Positions 48,353 to 58,728 of a stretch of 64,000 bases of DNA are shown in pieces. The position numbers were made by a program, and so were the translations under genes. Position 1 is the stretch's first letter. Each line of letters begins with the position of its first letter. The DNA is from Bacteroidales bacterium (GTDB lineage Bacteria; Bacteroidota; Bacteroidia; Bacteroidales; UBA1556): NCBI GenBank assembly GCA_027064095.1, contig JAMOQI010000006.1:258-64257 (forward strand). Reading direction: 5' to 3'. The notes below the pieces were generated by a model, which saw nothing but the letters and a program-made list of their open reading frames with translations, did not search any database and was not told where the DNA came from.

Positions 48353-48413
48353 AGCATTAAGTTTTTCGTTAAACAATATAATTATTTATTCCAATGATTA
48401 AAAGAAATATTGT

Positions 48414-49409
48414 TTAGGGGACTTCTACTGTATTTAATATTTCACTTATAATATCAACAGTAGAAATATTTTCAGCTTCAGCTTCATAAGTTAATCCAAT
48501 TCTATGACGCATTACGTCAGCACAAACAGCACGTACATCTTCAGGAATCACATAACCTCTTCTTTTAATAAAAGCATACGCCTTTGCAGCTAAGGCCATG
48601 CTAATACTTGCCCTTGGTGAACCACCAAAACTGATAAAGTTTTTAAATTTATCTAAGCCGTATTTCTCAGGATAACGGCTTGCAAAAACAATGTCAGTAA
48701 TGTAATTCTCTATTTTTTCGTCGACATAAACTTTACGAACAACTTCTCTGGCCCGAATTATATCTTCGGCATTTAATATTTTCTGATTTTCAGGTTTTGT
48801 GTTTGTTATTTGAGAACGCAAAATAGATTTTTCCTCCTCTTTAGTAGGATAATCTATAACTACTTTCAACATAAATCTATCTACCTGAGCTTCAGGTAAC
48901 GGGTATGTACCTTCTTGTTCTATAGGGTTTTGAGTAGCAAGCACCAAGAATGGTTTTGGTAAATCATAAGTAACATCACCAAGGGTAACTTGTCTTTCTT
49001 GCATTGCTTCTAACAAAGCACTTTGCACTTTCGCCGGAGCTCTATTTATCTCATCAGCAAGTATAAAGTTAGCAAATACTGGACCTTTACGAGTTTCAAA
49101 AGTTTCTTTCTTCTGACTATAAATCATTGTTCCTAAAAGGTCGGCAGGAAGTAAATCTGGTGTAAACTGAATACGACTAAAATCAACATTTACAGCCTTG
49201 GCAAGTGAATTAATAGCTAATGTCTTTGCCAAACCAGGAACACCTTCCAAAAGTATATGTCCGTCTGACAAAAGGCCTATTAATAATCTTTCAACCATGT
49301 GCTTTTGACCAACAATAACTTTTCCCATTTCAATGTTAATCAAATCTACGAAAGAACTTTCCTTTTGAATAAGGTCGTTTAACTCTTTAATATCCATTTC
49401 CATTTCCAT
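48414..49409 (-). CDS. moxR: MoxR family AAA+ ATPase
   Basis: EGVPGLAKT, RIQFTPDLLP, DEINRAP, QSALLEAM, TQNPIEQEGTYPLPEAQ; TAACTTTG promoter box near 49447-49454. Confidence 0.95.
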   Translation of the reverse strand: MEMEMDIKELNDLIQKESSFVDLINIEMGKVIVGQKHMVERLLIGLLSDGHILLEGVPGLAKTLAINSLAKAVNVDFSRIQFTPDLLPADLLGTMIYSQKKETFETRKGPVFANFILADEINRAPAKVQSALLEAMQERQVTLGDVTYDLPKPFLVLATQNPIEQEGTYPLPEAQVDRFMLKVVIDYPTKEEEKSILRSQITNTKPENQKILNAEDIIRAREVVRKVYVDEKIENYITDIVFASRYPEKYGLDKFKNFISFGGSPRASISMALAAKAYAFIKRRGYVIPEDVRAVCADVMRHRIGLTYEAEAENISTVDIISEILNTVEVP

Positions 49410-49654
49410 AATTTATGTATTTGTTTGTTTTGTTTATCAAGTAAATGCAAAGTTATGATTTTCGCAAAACACATATTAGATACTCTTGTTAAATATCGTT
49501 AAGCAAATAAGAAGTATTTATTTAGGCTTAGGCTTTTGAAAACTACGAATTAAAATTATTACTACAATTAGCGGTATGCCCTAAATATTTAATTACGAAA
49601 CAAATAATTTTTTACATAATTTAGCGTTTTTAAATTCATTTGTAAAATACAATT

Positions 49655-50311
49655 ATGAAAACACGATTTAGTTTACTAATAATTATACTTTTTATATCAT
49701 CAACAAGCTTATTTTCTCAATTCAGATTTAGCTATGGAGGTAAACTTGGCGGTGCTTCAACTAATCTAACCGGAGTTGGATTAAAAGATTTTATTCCTGC
49801 ACCAAAAGTTAAATTTGTTGGAGGTCTCATTACTAATTTTGCCTATGGTAGTAGATTTGCACTGCAAATTGAAGCATTATATTCAGGAAAAGGTTCAGCT
49901 TTTAAATACTATGCAGATAATAGCATTTATGTAGGAAAAGCAAGCATAGAAGAGAAATTAGGTTATTTTGCTGTTCCTGTTATATTACAATTTAAAATGG
50001 GTGATAAAGATAATTATTTCCACTTCGACGGAGGTATTGTTTACAACACTTTAGTTCATGATAAATATAATGGAACAATTATTATTACTGATGATAAAGG
50101 TAATGAAATTGAACAAGAAATGACCATTGAAGAAGACCCTGCTAAAACAGATTTAAGCTGGGCAATTGGCATTGGACTGGTAGCTAATGGATTAAATTTT
50201 GATTTCAGATACGAAATAGGAACAGATGCTGTATTTCAACAAAAAGAAGGTAATCCTCAAATTAACAATCGATCATTTCAGGTTACTGTTGGCTATACTT
50301 TAGTTTACTAA
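49655..50311 (+). CDS. PorT-like outer-membrane beta-barrel protein
   Basis: Signal peptide, YGGKLG, LQIEALYSGKG, YFAVPV, terminal strand FQVTVGY. Confidence 0.75.
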   Translation: MKTRFSLLIIILFISSTSLFSQFRFSYGGKLGGASTNLTGVGLKDFIPAPKVKFVGGLITNFAYGSRFALQIEALYSGKGSAFKYYADNSIYVGKASIEEKLGYFAVPVILQFKMGDKDNYFHFDGGIVYNTLVHDKYNGTIIITDDKGNEIEQEMTIEEDPAKTDLSWAIGIGLVANGLNFDFRYEIGTDAVFQQKEGNPQINNRSFQVTVGYTLVY

Positions 50312-51328
50312 TTCTAAAGATGCGATTTTTATAACTAGTGAAGCATTAGCTTTAGCATCAAATTCTTCAGTTGGAATTATGATTTTTTTCACTCCTTCTC
50401 TTTTATCTATTCCATATTGGTATGCCTTATCGTAATAAGATAAACTAATATCCACAACTTTTCTAAAATCATTATTTTCTAATGCTTCCAAGGCCTCTTT
50501 AAGATTATTACCACCTATTCTCTTCTTTATTCTAACAAGTGCTTTCTCCAATTCACTTTTGTCTAAACCTGCATAATCATGTAACAAATGCCTAATTCTT
50601 AGCTCCTTAGATTTATTAATTATAAAAAGATCTGATTCTCTAATTCTATTAAAAAGCTCATCAACTATTCTAACTTTACCCATACCTTTACTTTCATCTT
50701 CAAACCAAACTACCCTATTTGGGTCTATATCAAGCCATTCTTCAGCAAGGTTATTTTCAAATTGTTCGTTTGTTGGTTGAGGTTCTAAACCAATTTGACC
50801 ATATGAACTACCTCGGTGACGTGCAAGTCCTTCCAGGTCGATAAACTGCTGTCCTAATTTCTTCATTTCAATAAGAATATCAGTTTTGTTGCTACCAGTC
50901 ATACCTCCAAGTATATTTATTTTTTGTGACCTTAGGAAAGACTGTCGAATATAGTGACGATATGCTTTATATCCTCCTTCTAAAGTATGAGCTTCGAGTC
51001 CGGCGGTATTAAATAACCAAGCCATACTTCCCGATCGCATACCTCCACGCCAACAGTGCACTAAAATTTTCATATCAATGGCAATTTCTTTTGCCTGTTC
51101 CACATATTTATACATTTTAGGTCCAACTATTCTTAATCCCTCCATTACAGCAATATCCTTACCTTGTCGCTTATAAATAGTGCCTATTATTGCCCTCTCT
51201 TCATTTGTGAAAAGTGGAATATTATATGCTCCAGGGATATGTCCTTGTGCAAATTCTGCCGGAGTTCTAACATCAATAATTGGATATTTTTTCGCCTCTG
51301 ACAAAAACTCTTTCGCTTCGTATTTCAT
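50300..51328 (-). CDS. mnmH: tRNA 2-selenouridine(34) synthase
   Basis: Rhodanese domain IDVRTPAEF..GHIPGA, HCWRGGMRS, LEGGYKAYR; P-loop GMTGSNKT; DLEGLARHRGS. ATG at 51328. Confidence 0.93.
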   Translation of the reverse strand: MKYEAKEFLSEAKKYPIIDVRTPAEFAQGHIPGAYNIPLFTNEERAIIGTIYKRQGKDIAVMEGLRIVGPKMYKYVEQAKEIAIDMKILVHCWRGGMRSGSMAWLFNTAGLEAHTLEGGYKAYRHYIRQSFLRSQKINILGGMTGSNKTDILIEMKKLGQQFIDLEGLARHRGSSYGQIGLEPQPTNEQFENNLAEEWLDIDPNRVVWFEDESKGMGKVRIVDELFNRIRESDLFIINKSKELRIRHLLHDYAGLDKSELEKALVRIKKRIGGNNLKEALEALENNDFRKVVDISLSYYDKAYQYGIDKREGVKKIIIPTEEFDAKANASLVIKIASLELVN

Positions 51329-51346
51329 ATATTTAATTTTCTTAAT

Positions 51347-51432
51347 TTGGTGATATGGAGTCACATAACAATACTTTAATCATAACCTTGTGAGTCTATT
51401 TATGATTAAAAAATTGTCATGTTCGTCTCATA
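51347..51432 (-). promoter_or_regulatory. Conserved leader element, copy 2: uORF MRRT* (51431-51417) within a long hairpin, 5' UTR of mnmH
   Basis: ~90% identical to 27502-27586; lies just downstream of a TACCTTTG -7 box (~51450-51457, minus strand). Confidence 0.7.
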
Positions 51433-51650
51433 TATAAATATTTATTCTGCAAAGGTATTAATAATGATATTAGCAGCAAATACAATTATATAATCTTACA
51501 AAACAGCTTACATATGACAATAAAATTAATTCTTTCAAAGTGAAATTTCAAACAAATAAATGTTAGTAAATACAAAGTATTGCTTATTTATTACAACTTA
51601 TTTTAAATATTTTTGGATTAATTATAAACGAAAAAAGTATTTTTACTTAA

Positions 51651-52772
51651 ATGCAAGAACAACTTTATCAAATCTTACTATATTTCTTTTATTTTATTGT
51701 AGCTATACAAGGAGTTTTCATTATTATTATATTTCCCCGAGTATTATTTTTTAATAAGAAGAAAAATGAAGAAAATACGGTCAAAGAAGCTGTGAGTGTT
51801 GTCATTGCTGCTAAAGATGAATACTATAATTTGAGAAACTTTCTTCCTAAAGTTCTAAATCAAGACTATCCTGACTTTGAAGTAATTGTTGTAAATAACG
51901 GAAGTGAAGATGATAGTGAATTCATATTAAGAGAAATGCAAACAAAATACTCTAACTTTAAATATATAAATGTACAGAGTAACGCAAATTTCTTTGATGG
52001 AAAGAAATTTCCTCTTTCAATAGGAATAAAATCATCAAAAAACGACTTACTACTTCTTACCGATGCCGATTGCTATCCCGCATCACCAAACTGGATTAGT
52101 AATATTGTAAAATCTTATAATGAAAACACTGAGATTGTATTGGCTTATGGAGGATATGAAGAAAGGAAAGGACTTTTTAATAAGATATTGCGATATGACA
52201 CTTTAAGAGTAGCCTTATTGTACTTTTCATTTGCAGCATGGAAAATGCCTTATATGGGAGTAGGAAGAAATTTATCTTATCGTAAATCATTATTTTACAA
52301 GCAAAAAGGCTTTACGAAGCATTACACAACAGCTTCAGGTGATGACGATTTATTTGTAAACAAAGCTGCTAATAAAAAAAATACTTCAATAAATATTGAT
52401 GCTGATACTAAAACTATTAGTCTTCCTAAAGAGACTTTTAAGGAGTGGATAAAACAAAAAAGAAGACATTACACCTCAGGAAAACATTATAAAAAGTGGC
52501 ATTTACTTTTCTTAGGCTTGTGGGAATCAAGTTCGGTATTTTACTTTATACTAACAATAGTGTTTATTTCCCTTAATTTTCATACCTATTTAGTTCTTTA
52601 TATTTTATTAACAAGAACACTCATTAATTATTTTTTAATAAAAAAATTAACAAAAATTTTGAAAGAAAGAAAATTGTTATTACTTTCGCCATTGTTAGAA
52701 TTTATAATGGTGTTATTGGGGACACTGTTAAGTATGTCGAACTTGCTATATAAACAACGTAAATGGAAATAA
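51651..52772 (+). CDS. Glycosyltransferase family 2, membrane-bound
   Basis: SVVIAAKDE, GKKFPL, TDADC, GRNLSY, SGDDDL, QKRRH. Confidence 0.88.
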   Translation: MQEQLYQILLYFFYFIVAIQGVFIIIIFPRVLFFNKKKNEENTVKEAVSVVIAAKDEYYNLRNFLPKVLNQDYPDFEVIVVNNGSEDDSEFILREMQTKYSNFKYINVQSNANFFDGKKFPLSIGIKSSKNDLLLLTDADCYPASPNWISNIVKSYNENTEIVLAYGGYEERKGLFNKILRYDTLRVALLYFSFAAWKMPYMGVGRNLSYRKSLFYKQKGFTKHYTTASGDDDLFVNKAANKKNTSINIDADTKTISLPKETFKEWIKQKRRHYTSGKHYKKWHLLFLGLWESSSVFYFILTIVFISLNFHTYLVLYILLTRTLINYFLIKKLTKILKERKLLLLSPLLEFIMVLLGTLLSMSNLLYKQRKWK

Positions 52773-53371
52773 ATCCAAACTTTACGGAAAAGGCTATTCG
52801 TGACTATCATTTAATACGCTCAGCATTGGATAATAAAGATAGGAACGCATATGCACAGCTTCTGAGTAATTATCGTGATTCAATATATTTTATGTTATTG
52901 AAGATGACGAATAATAAAGATGATGCTGAAGATTTAACTATTGAAGCTTTTGGGAAGGCTTTCAAGAAGTTAGAACAATATACTCCTGATTATGCATTTA
53001 GCACATGGCTTTTTAAAATTGCATCAAACAACTGTATCGATTTTATTAGGAAGAAAAAACAAAGAGTATATTCTTTAGATAAAGAATATAATGATGAAGC
53101 TGGTACCGAAATGGCAGCTAGAATTCCTTCTGACGCTCTCGACCCAGAAGAGTCTATGATTAAAATGCAAAAAATTAATATTTTAAGAGAAGTGGTTGAA
53201 AAATTAAAACCACACTACAGAATATTAATAGAACTTAGATATTTTAAAGAATATTCATACGATGAGATTGCTTCAGAATTAAATTTACCTCTGGGAACTG
53301 TTAAGGCTAAACTTTTTAGAGCCCGAGACTTACTTTACAATATCATACAAACTGATGAAAGTATTATTTAA
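52763..53371 (+). CDS. ECF-type RNA polymerase sigma-70 factor
   Basis: DAEDLTIEAFGKAF, FSTWLFKIASNNCID, SYDEIA..LPLGTVKAKLFRAR. Confidence 0.93.
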   Translation: MEINPNFTEKAIRDYHLIRSALDNKDRNAYAQLLSNYRDSIYFMLLKMTNNKDDAEDLTIEAFGKAFKKLEQYTPDYAFSTWLFKIASNNCIDFIRKKKQRVYSLDKEYNDEAGTEMAARIPSDALDPEESMIKMQKINILREVVEKLKPHYRILIELRYFKEYSYDEIASELNLPLGTVKAKLFRARDLLYNIIQTDESII

Positions 53372-53436
53372 TTTTGAGCTAGTACAACTCAACGAACAAC
53401 AATAGCCAGTCGAAATAAGAAAAATATCATTTTAAA

Positions 53437-54378
53437 TTAAGGATTAATAGTATAAATATATGCTATTGAGAATGTATGATATTTATAATCATAAATTCCT
53501 TTCTGATATCTAAAAACCCACTCATGCTTTGTTCTAATAAGTCCATATTGAAACCTGACTACAGCAGGCCTGTCCCCAATATTCAAATAACCATGATATG
53601 CTGACAATTCTGCAGTTGCATAAAACTTAGGACTATATAATTTTGCACCAAAACCATATACAAAAGCATCATCTTGACTATTTTTTTCAGACCAAGTTTG
53701 CCAAATATAAACACCTAAATGCCCATATAAACGCAATTTAGTTTCTCCATACTGCTTCACATCTTTTCCTCCATTCAACAACAAATAATAAGCTGGTGTA
53801 TCAGTATATCTTGCATCCGATAATGTTGTTCCCGATGCGGTTTTGAAATAAGCCGAAAAAACTAAATCAGGGAATCTTCTATCTTTAATTACCTGAACAT
53901 TAGTTCCAAACCAAAAATCTCCACCAGCGTAACCCTCAGCATTAACATGCCTTGCAAATCTTTCATCACGAGTAATAGTATCCATTTTATAGTATTCAGA
54001 AGGGACCAAAAAAACTTGAAAACTGGCTACTTTAGCAAGTGGAATAATAATTGAAGTATATAAATCATAAGTTTTATCACCTTTTGAAATATGAGCTTCA
54101 GGTCTTAATTCAAAACGATAATCACTTTCTACCCTACCATCTCTTAAATCAGGAACTGGTAATGCATTTGGTCCAAAATACGCCGCTGATGTATTCATAT
54201 AATGATTCCACTGAGTATGATAATCCCAATTGTGTTTAACAACCCACCATTCATAATCATCTTCTTGAGAATATACATTCACCACAAATAATATTCCCAG
54301 CAATAAAAAAGAAACCCTTTTCAATACAATATCCAAAAAAATATTCACCATAACATTTATAAAAAAAAACAAACTCAT
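53437..54378 (-). CDS. Hypothetical outer-membrane protein (start uncertain)
   Basis: Long ORF, signal-like segment, YFGPNALPVP, aromatic beta-rich C-terminal half. Confidence 0.6.
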   Translation of the reverse strand: MSLFFFINVMVNIFLDIVLKRVSFLLLGILFVVNVYSQEDDYEWWVVKHNWDYHTQWNHYMNTSAAYFGPNALPVPDLRDGRVESDYRFELRPEAHISKGDKTYDLYTSIIIPLAKVASFQVFLVPSEYYKMDTITRDERFARHVNAEGYAGGDFWFGTNVQVIKDRRFPDLVFSAYFKTASGTTLSDARYTDTPAYYLLLNGGKDVKQYGETKLRLYGHLGVYIWQTWSEKNSQDDAFVYGFGAKLYSPKFYATAELSAYHGYLNIGDRPAVVRFQYGLIRTKHEWVFRYQKGIYDYKYHTFSIAYIYTINP

Positions 54379-54408
54379 AATATCATTATAAAATTCTGCA
54401 AACTATTC

Positions 54409-56760
54409 CTACTGCTTCTTTCTCTTTAAAGCATTTTCAGCAAGCTTTAAATTGTTTTGTGCTAACTCACTTTCCGGCGATAATTTAACCGCCATTTTAC
54501 CAGCTTTGATAGCATGATCCCAATCTTTCAAGGAATTATATGCAGAACACATATTATTATAGGCTACAAAGTTAGTAGAGTCTATATCAATAATTTTTTC
54601 ACATGTTTTAATACACCATTCAAAGAGACCTTCTTTATAAAAACTTAAACTTAAATCTATTAATTTATTAACATCTTCCTCAGTTTCAAGCTTTTGTTGC
54701 AGCTTCTTTCTTCTATACGACACTGCTAAATTATTCTTTGCTAATTGATTATCAGGATCCAATTTAAGAGCTTTTTCTCCAGCAGTAATAGCTTCATCCC
54801 AATTTCCCAAAACATTATTCGCAGCACAAATATTTATATAAGCTGCTGTATTATTCTTATCATATTTTAAAATATTTTTAGCTGCATACAAACTTGAATC
54901 AAACTTATTAGCTTTATAATAATATAGGCTAAGTTCTGTAAAAGCATCTGCAGATGGATAATCTTTTACTTTTAAACGCGCCCGTTCCAAATTAGTCATC
55001 TTTCCTTTCACAAAATCTGCATAATAAATTGCCGTTGGGTCATTAGGAAAATCCGAAATAACATCTTTAACAATTTCTCTTAAATTAACCCAATCCTGTA
55101 GCACTGAATATATCTCCATTAACTTATATTTACTATAAATATACTTAGGTGCCATTTCTAAAGAAATCTTATATTCTTTTATTGCTTCTTTATAACGTTT
55201 TTGAGAAAGCAGAAAACTACCATAATAATAATGTGTTTTGTGGTTATAATATCCATACTTCAATGAGTTTTTATAGTTCACCTCTGCATTTTCAACATCT
55301 CCCATTGCCTCATAACAAATAGCCATATTGGTATATAAGTAAGAATAATATGGACTGTAAACCAATGCTTTTTGGTAATATTCCATTGCTTCATCATACT
55401 GTTTATTACCCATCAAATGCAAACCATAATTCATTAATCCTCTCCCATTATGTGGACTTTTAATTGTAACATCGTGCCAAAGGGATTTACCATTTTGCCA
55501 TACTTCAGTACGAACTCTAACTCCATAAAAATGGCCTCCTAAAACGCCAATTACAAATAGCATTAGTATAATTTTAAACAGCTTGGATTCTTTAATATGA
55601 TATTCATATTTAATAATAAAAATTGATAAAACATTTACAATAGCAAAACTAAAACCTATAAGTGGATAAAACATTCTGTGGTCGTTCATAACTTCTGCAA
55701 GTGGAATAAAACTTGAAGTAGGAGCCAGAGTAAAGAAAAACCATAAAATACCAAAGCTAACTGGTTTTAATTTCTTATTTTTCATGCTAATAAAAAAAGC
55801 GGCAACCATAAAAGCAATAAAAAGCATCCCTATAATAAACTTTGCATCCAGAACGGAAGTAATTACTGTCCAGTCAGTGTCGGCACTGAGGAGGTATGGA
55901 TAAAAAAATGAAATGAAATAATGTAATAACACATAAGGCATTGTAATAAGGTAATGCCAACGACTATGAGTACCGGGAACAAATGTATCTGATTGCATAT
56001 TCATTACAAATATTACCAGCAGTATCATAATAGCAACTAATGCTAATACCTGTAAAAGAAGTTCTTTTCTCTTAATTTTTCTAGATACAATATCTAGCTT
56101 AAGGTATTCAAAAATATAATAATAGCTTATTAAAAGTGGGATAAACATTGCTGTTGTGAGCTTGGTAAGCATGCCTAATAGAAATGGAATTAAAAATATA
56201 CCCCATTTACGCAGTTTTGGGAAATAAATAAATATATCAAAAGCTGCTATTACAAAAAATGTAGAAAGTAAATCAGAACGTGAGATAATATAATTAATAG
56301 TTTCTGCATTTATTGTATGTAGCCCAAAGAATGCGGTGGCAAAGAATGCAAAATAAATATTCCAATGATGTTTATATGTTTTATTAAAAATCTTTAAAAT
56401 AAATGCAAACACTAACACCAACAATAGTATATATGTTATCATCATGGAATAATGATAATAATGTACATCATATCCGCTATGAGAATCAGAAAAATGCTTA
56501 CTCAACCAATAATCTATTGCTAAAGTGCTCGTTACAATGGGTCTATAGACTTGATTTGCAGGCAAACTACTAAAAGTTTGAGAACCCAAAGTAAAGAATT
56601 TAGGCAAATTAGAAATATCTCTAATGTATGGGTTATCCTGGATAGTATGCGAATCGTCAAAATGAAAATTGTTATCATATAAATTCTGATAAGCTAACAA
56701 AACGCTGATAACTATCGATAAAGCAATTGCGATACTAATAATTCTTTTATTCATATTCAC
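54409..56760 (-). CDS. TMTC-like GT-C fold glycosyltransferase with C-terminal TPRs
   Basis: FHFDDSH first loop, YRPIVT, HTINAETINYIISRSD, DHRMFYP, VW..G.SLW, followed by TPR repeats. Confidence 0.8.
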   Translation of the reverse strand: MNMNKRIISIAIALSIVISVLLAYQNLYDNNFHFDDSHTIQDNPYIRDISNLPKFFTLGSQTFSSLPANQVYRPIVTSTLAIDYWLSKHFSDSHSGYDVHYYHYSMMITYILLLVLVFAFILKIFNKTYKHHWNIYFAFFATAFFGLHTINAETINYIISRSDLLSTFFVIAAFDIFIYFPKLRKWGIFLIPFLLGMLTKLTTAMFIPLLISYYYIFEYLKLDIVSRKIKRKELLLQVLALVAIMILLVIFVMNMQSDTFVPGTHSRWHYLITMPYVLLHYFISFFYPYLLSADTDWTVITSVLDAKFIIGMLFIAFMVAAFFISMKNKKLKPVSFGILWFFFTLAPTSSFIPLAEVMNDHRMFYPLIGFSFAIVNVLSIFIIKYEYHIKESKLFKIILMLFVIGVLGGHFYGVRVRTEVWQNGKSLWHDVTIKSPHNGRGLMNYGLHLMGNKQYDEAMEYYQKALVYSPYYSYLYTNMAICYEAMGDVENAEVNYKNSLKYGYYNHKTHYYYGSFLLSQKRYKEAIKEYKISLEMAPKYIYSKYKLMEIYSVLQDWVNLREIVKDVISDFPNDPTAIYYADFVKGKMTNLERARLKVKDYPSADAFTELSLYYYKANKFDSSLYAAKNILKYDKNNTAAYINICAANNVLGNWDEAITAGEKALKLDPDNQLAKNNLAVSYRRKKLQQKLETEEDVNKLIDLSLSFYKEGLFEWCIKTCEKIIDIDSTNFVAYNNMCSAYNSLKDWDHAIKAGKMAVKLSPESELAQNNLKLAENALKRKKQ

Positions 56761-56783
56761 AAAAAATATTTTCTATAAACCAA

Positions 56784-57458
56784 CTAATCACCTAGTTTAA
56801 TTGCATCATTTAGATAATCATTCATATTTTTAAGTACCGAAAATCCACGAAGTATATTATTAATAGCACCTGAACTCATTACTTCTTCATCAGTTAATTT
56901 ATGAGCTACAGCAAAGCTTTTATATTTCAATAACTCAATTGCAGGCGAATCCTTTGGAAAATCTTTTGGCCCATTTTTTAATTTATCATCTATCAAACTT
57001 GGATATATATTTTTGAATTCTTTATCATTAAGTATTTCTTCAAATTTTTTATATGAATAATAAATCTCTTGCCTTATAGCCTTAAGACTATCTTTATCAG
57101 GACGATACACTCCCCCTCCAAAAAAAGACTCTCCTCTTTGTAAATGAAAATAATAACCCGCTAATGGTGATTTGCGCCCTCCTACTGAAAAAAATGCACC
57201 AAAATGATTCTTATAAGGAAGTTTATTTTTAGAGAAACGTACATCTCGATATATCCTAAAAGTATAATTCTTTGCTGTACTATATTTAAATTCCGGATCG
57301 AACTTTTCAATCTCTTTACCAATAAAACAAACTATTTCGTCAAATCTTTCTTTAGCTTCAATATAAATATTTTTATTTTCATTAAACCATTCCCTATTAT
57401 TATTAGATTCAATAAGTTTTATAAAATCAAATATTTTCCTAACAGCAAATTCTTTCAT
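56784..57458 (-). CDS. DUF2461 family protein
   Basis: NNNREWF, FRIYRDVRFSKNKLPYK, GYYFHL; ATG at 57458. Confidence 0.9.
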   Translation of the reverse strand: MKEFAVRKIFDFIKLIESNNNREWFNENKNIYIEAKERFDEIVCFIGKEIEKFDPEFKYSTAKNYTFRIYRDVRFSKNKLPYKNHFGAFFSVGGRKSPLAGYYFHLQRGESFFGGGVYRPDKDSLKAIRQEIYYSYKKFEEILNDKEFKNIYPSLIDDKLKNGPKDFPKDSPAIELLKYKSFAVAHKLTDEEVMSSGAINNILRGFSVLKNMNDYLNDAIKLGD

Positions 57459-57483
57459 TAGATAATTATTTATAATATAAAAA

Positions 57484-58017
57484 CTAAAATCCTGATGAAA
57501 AGCCAATTTGAATTATTGGATTGTCACCAAAGTAAAAATCGGATCTTTCAAGGTCGAAAAGAACCATTACAAATATAAAAGAGTTGACACCCACCCACGA
57601 TCTATACCCACCTCCTGCATAATAATGCGATTCAGAAATCATTTCAGTAGGGTTAAGAGAATTATAGACATTTTTATAATATATCTGCTGAAATTCAACA
57701 TGCGCAAAAAAATCTTTATAATAATATCTGGCAAAAACCTTAGGCGCCCATATAGAGCCTTCATAAATATAAGAAAATGAATTTCTAGAATCCCTGAAAT
57801 AAGTATAATCCAATCCGGTACCTACATAAAAATTATCATTTACTGCATATGAAACTACTGGAGATACTTGTATATATGTATATGTTCCAAATGATAAACC
57901 AAAATTACCTCCCCAGTAGAGTTTATCAGTAAACTTATTAAAATCTTGAGCCTTAATACTTAATGACGTCATTATCACTAAAAATAAAACAGAAATTTTA
58001 CTAATTCTTGAAATCAT
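57484..58017 (-). CDS. Small outer-membrane beta-barrel protein
   Basis: Signal peptide, GGNFGLSFG, C-terminal IQIGFSSGF. Confidence 0.7.
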   Translation of the reverse strand: MISRISKISVLFLVIMTSLSIKAQDFNKFTDKLYWGGNFGLSFGTYTYIQVSPVVSYAVNDNFYVGTGLDYTYFRDSRNSFSYIYEGSIWAPKVFARYYYKDFFAHVEFQQIYYKNVYNSLNPTEMISESHYYAGGGYRSWVGVNSFIFVMVLFDLERSDFYFGDNPIIQIGFSSGF

Positions 58018-58095
58018 AACATATTTTTATATTTATAAATGACAAAACTAAGGATTATTTTAATACCCTAATTTTGTTTTTCTTACTTTTGCACT

Positions 58096-58728
58096 ATGAT
58101 TAGTTTTATGAAAAGCGTACCAAAACCTACATATTTACTCATAAGTATTCTAATTTTTATATTTGGAAGTTTTATATTTGAGTATTATCAAGTTACAAAT
58201 TACTCAACTATCATATTATATTCTTTAATATTTATAAGTACTTATTTTTCAATGGAAAAGAAAAGTAATGTAATGAAAGCACTCCTATTTATCGGGCTAT
58301 TTTTAAATCTATTTATATTTGTAAGTTCGAATAAATATTTACAATTATCAGTATTATTAATTTCTGCATTAATATTTACTTTTATCGCTTTTGTACTTAT
58401 AGGCCAAATAGCAAAATCTAAGAAGGTAAACTCTTACATTCTTATTGAAGCCATTAATGGATATTTACTTATTGGCATAATAATCACATTACTTAATTCA
58501 TTATTATTATTGACTGATAATAATGCTATTAATTTCACAACTAAACCCAATCTTTCTGATATTATATATTATAGCTACATAAATTTGACAAGTATCGGCT
58601 TTGGTGATATAGTTCCAAAAGCTCAATTTGCAAAAAAAATCAGCATCTTTACCGGAATATCAGGGCAACTTTATTTGGCAATTATTATTGCCTTAATAGT
58701 TGGTAAACTAAATACTTCAAAACAATGA
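58096..58728 (+). CDS. Potassium channel family protein (Ion_trans_2)
   Basis: Multiple TMs, pore helix YYSYINLT, filter TSIGFGD, GQLYLAIIIA. Confidence 0.85.
   Translation: MISFMKSVPKPTYLLISILIFIFGSFIFEYYQVTNYSTIILYSLIFISTYFSMEKKSNVMKALLFIGLFLNLFIFVSSNKYLQLSVLLISALIFTFIAFVLIGQIAKSKKVNSYILIEAINGYLLIGIIITLLNSLLLLTDNNAINFTTKPNLSDIIYYSYINLTSIGFGDIVPKAQFAKKISIFTGISGQLYLAIIIALIVGKLNTSKQ

Noticed and set aside
40843-49409. moxR-vWA-TPR cluster as a novel system
   Set aside because: It is the described Bacteroides aerotolerance (bat) operon in its usual gene order.
51329-51431. Selenocysteine read-through N-terminal extension of MnmH from the MRRT uORF
   Set aside because: The uORF is out of frame with mnmH (103 nt) and meets TAG seven codons after the UGA, so it would also need a frameshift. 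Kept only as a regulatory hypothesis.
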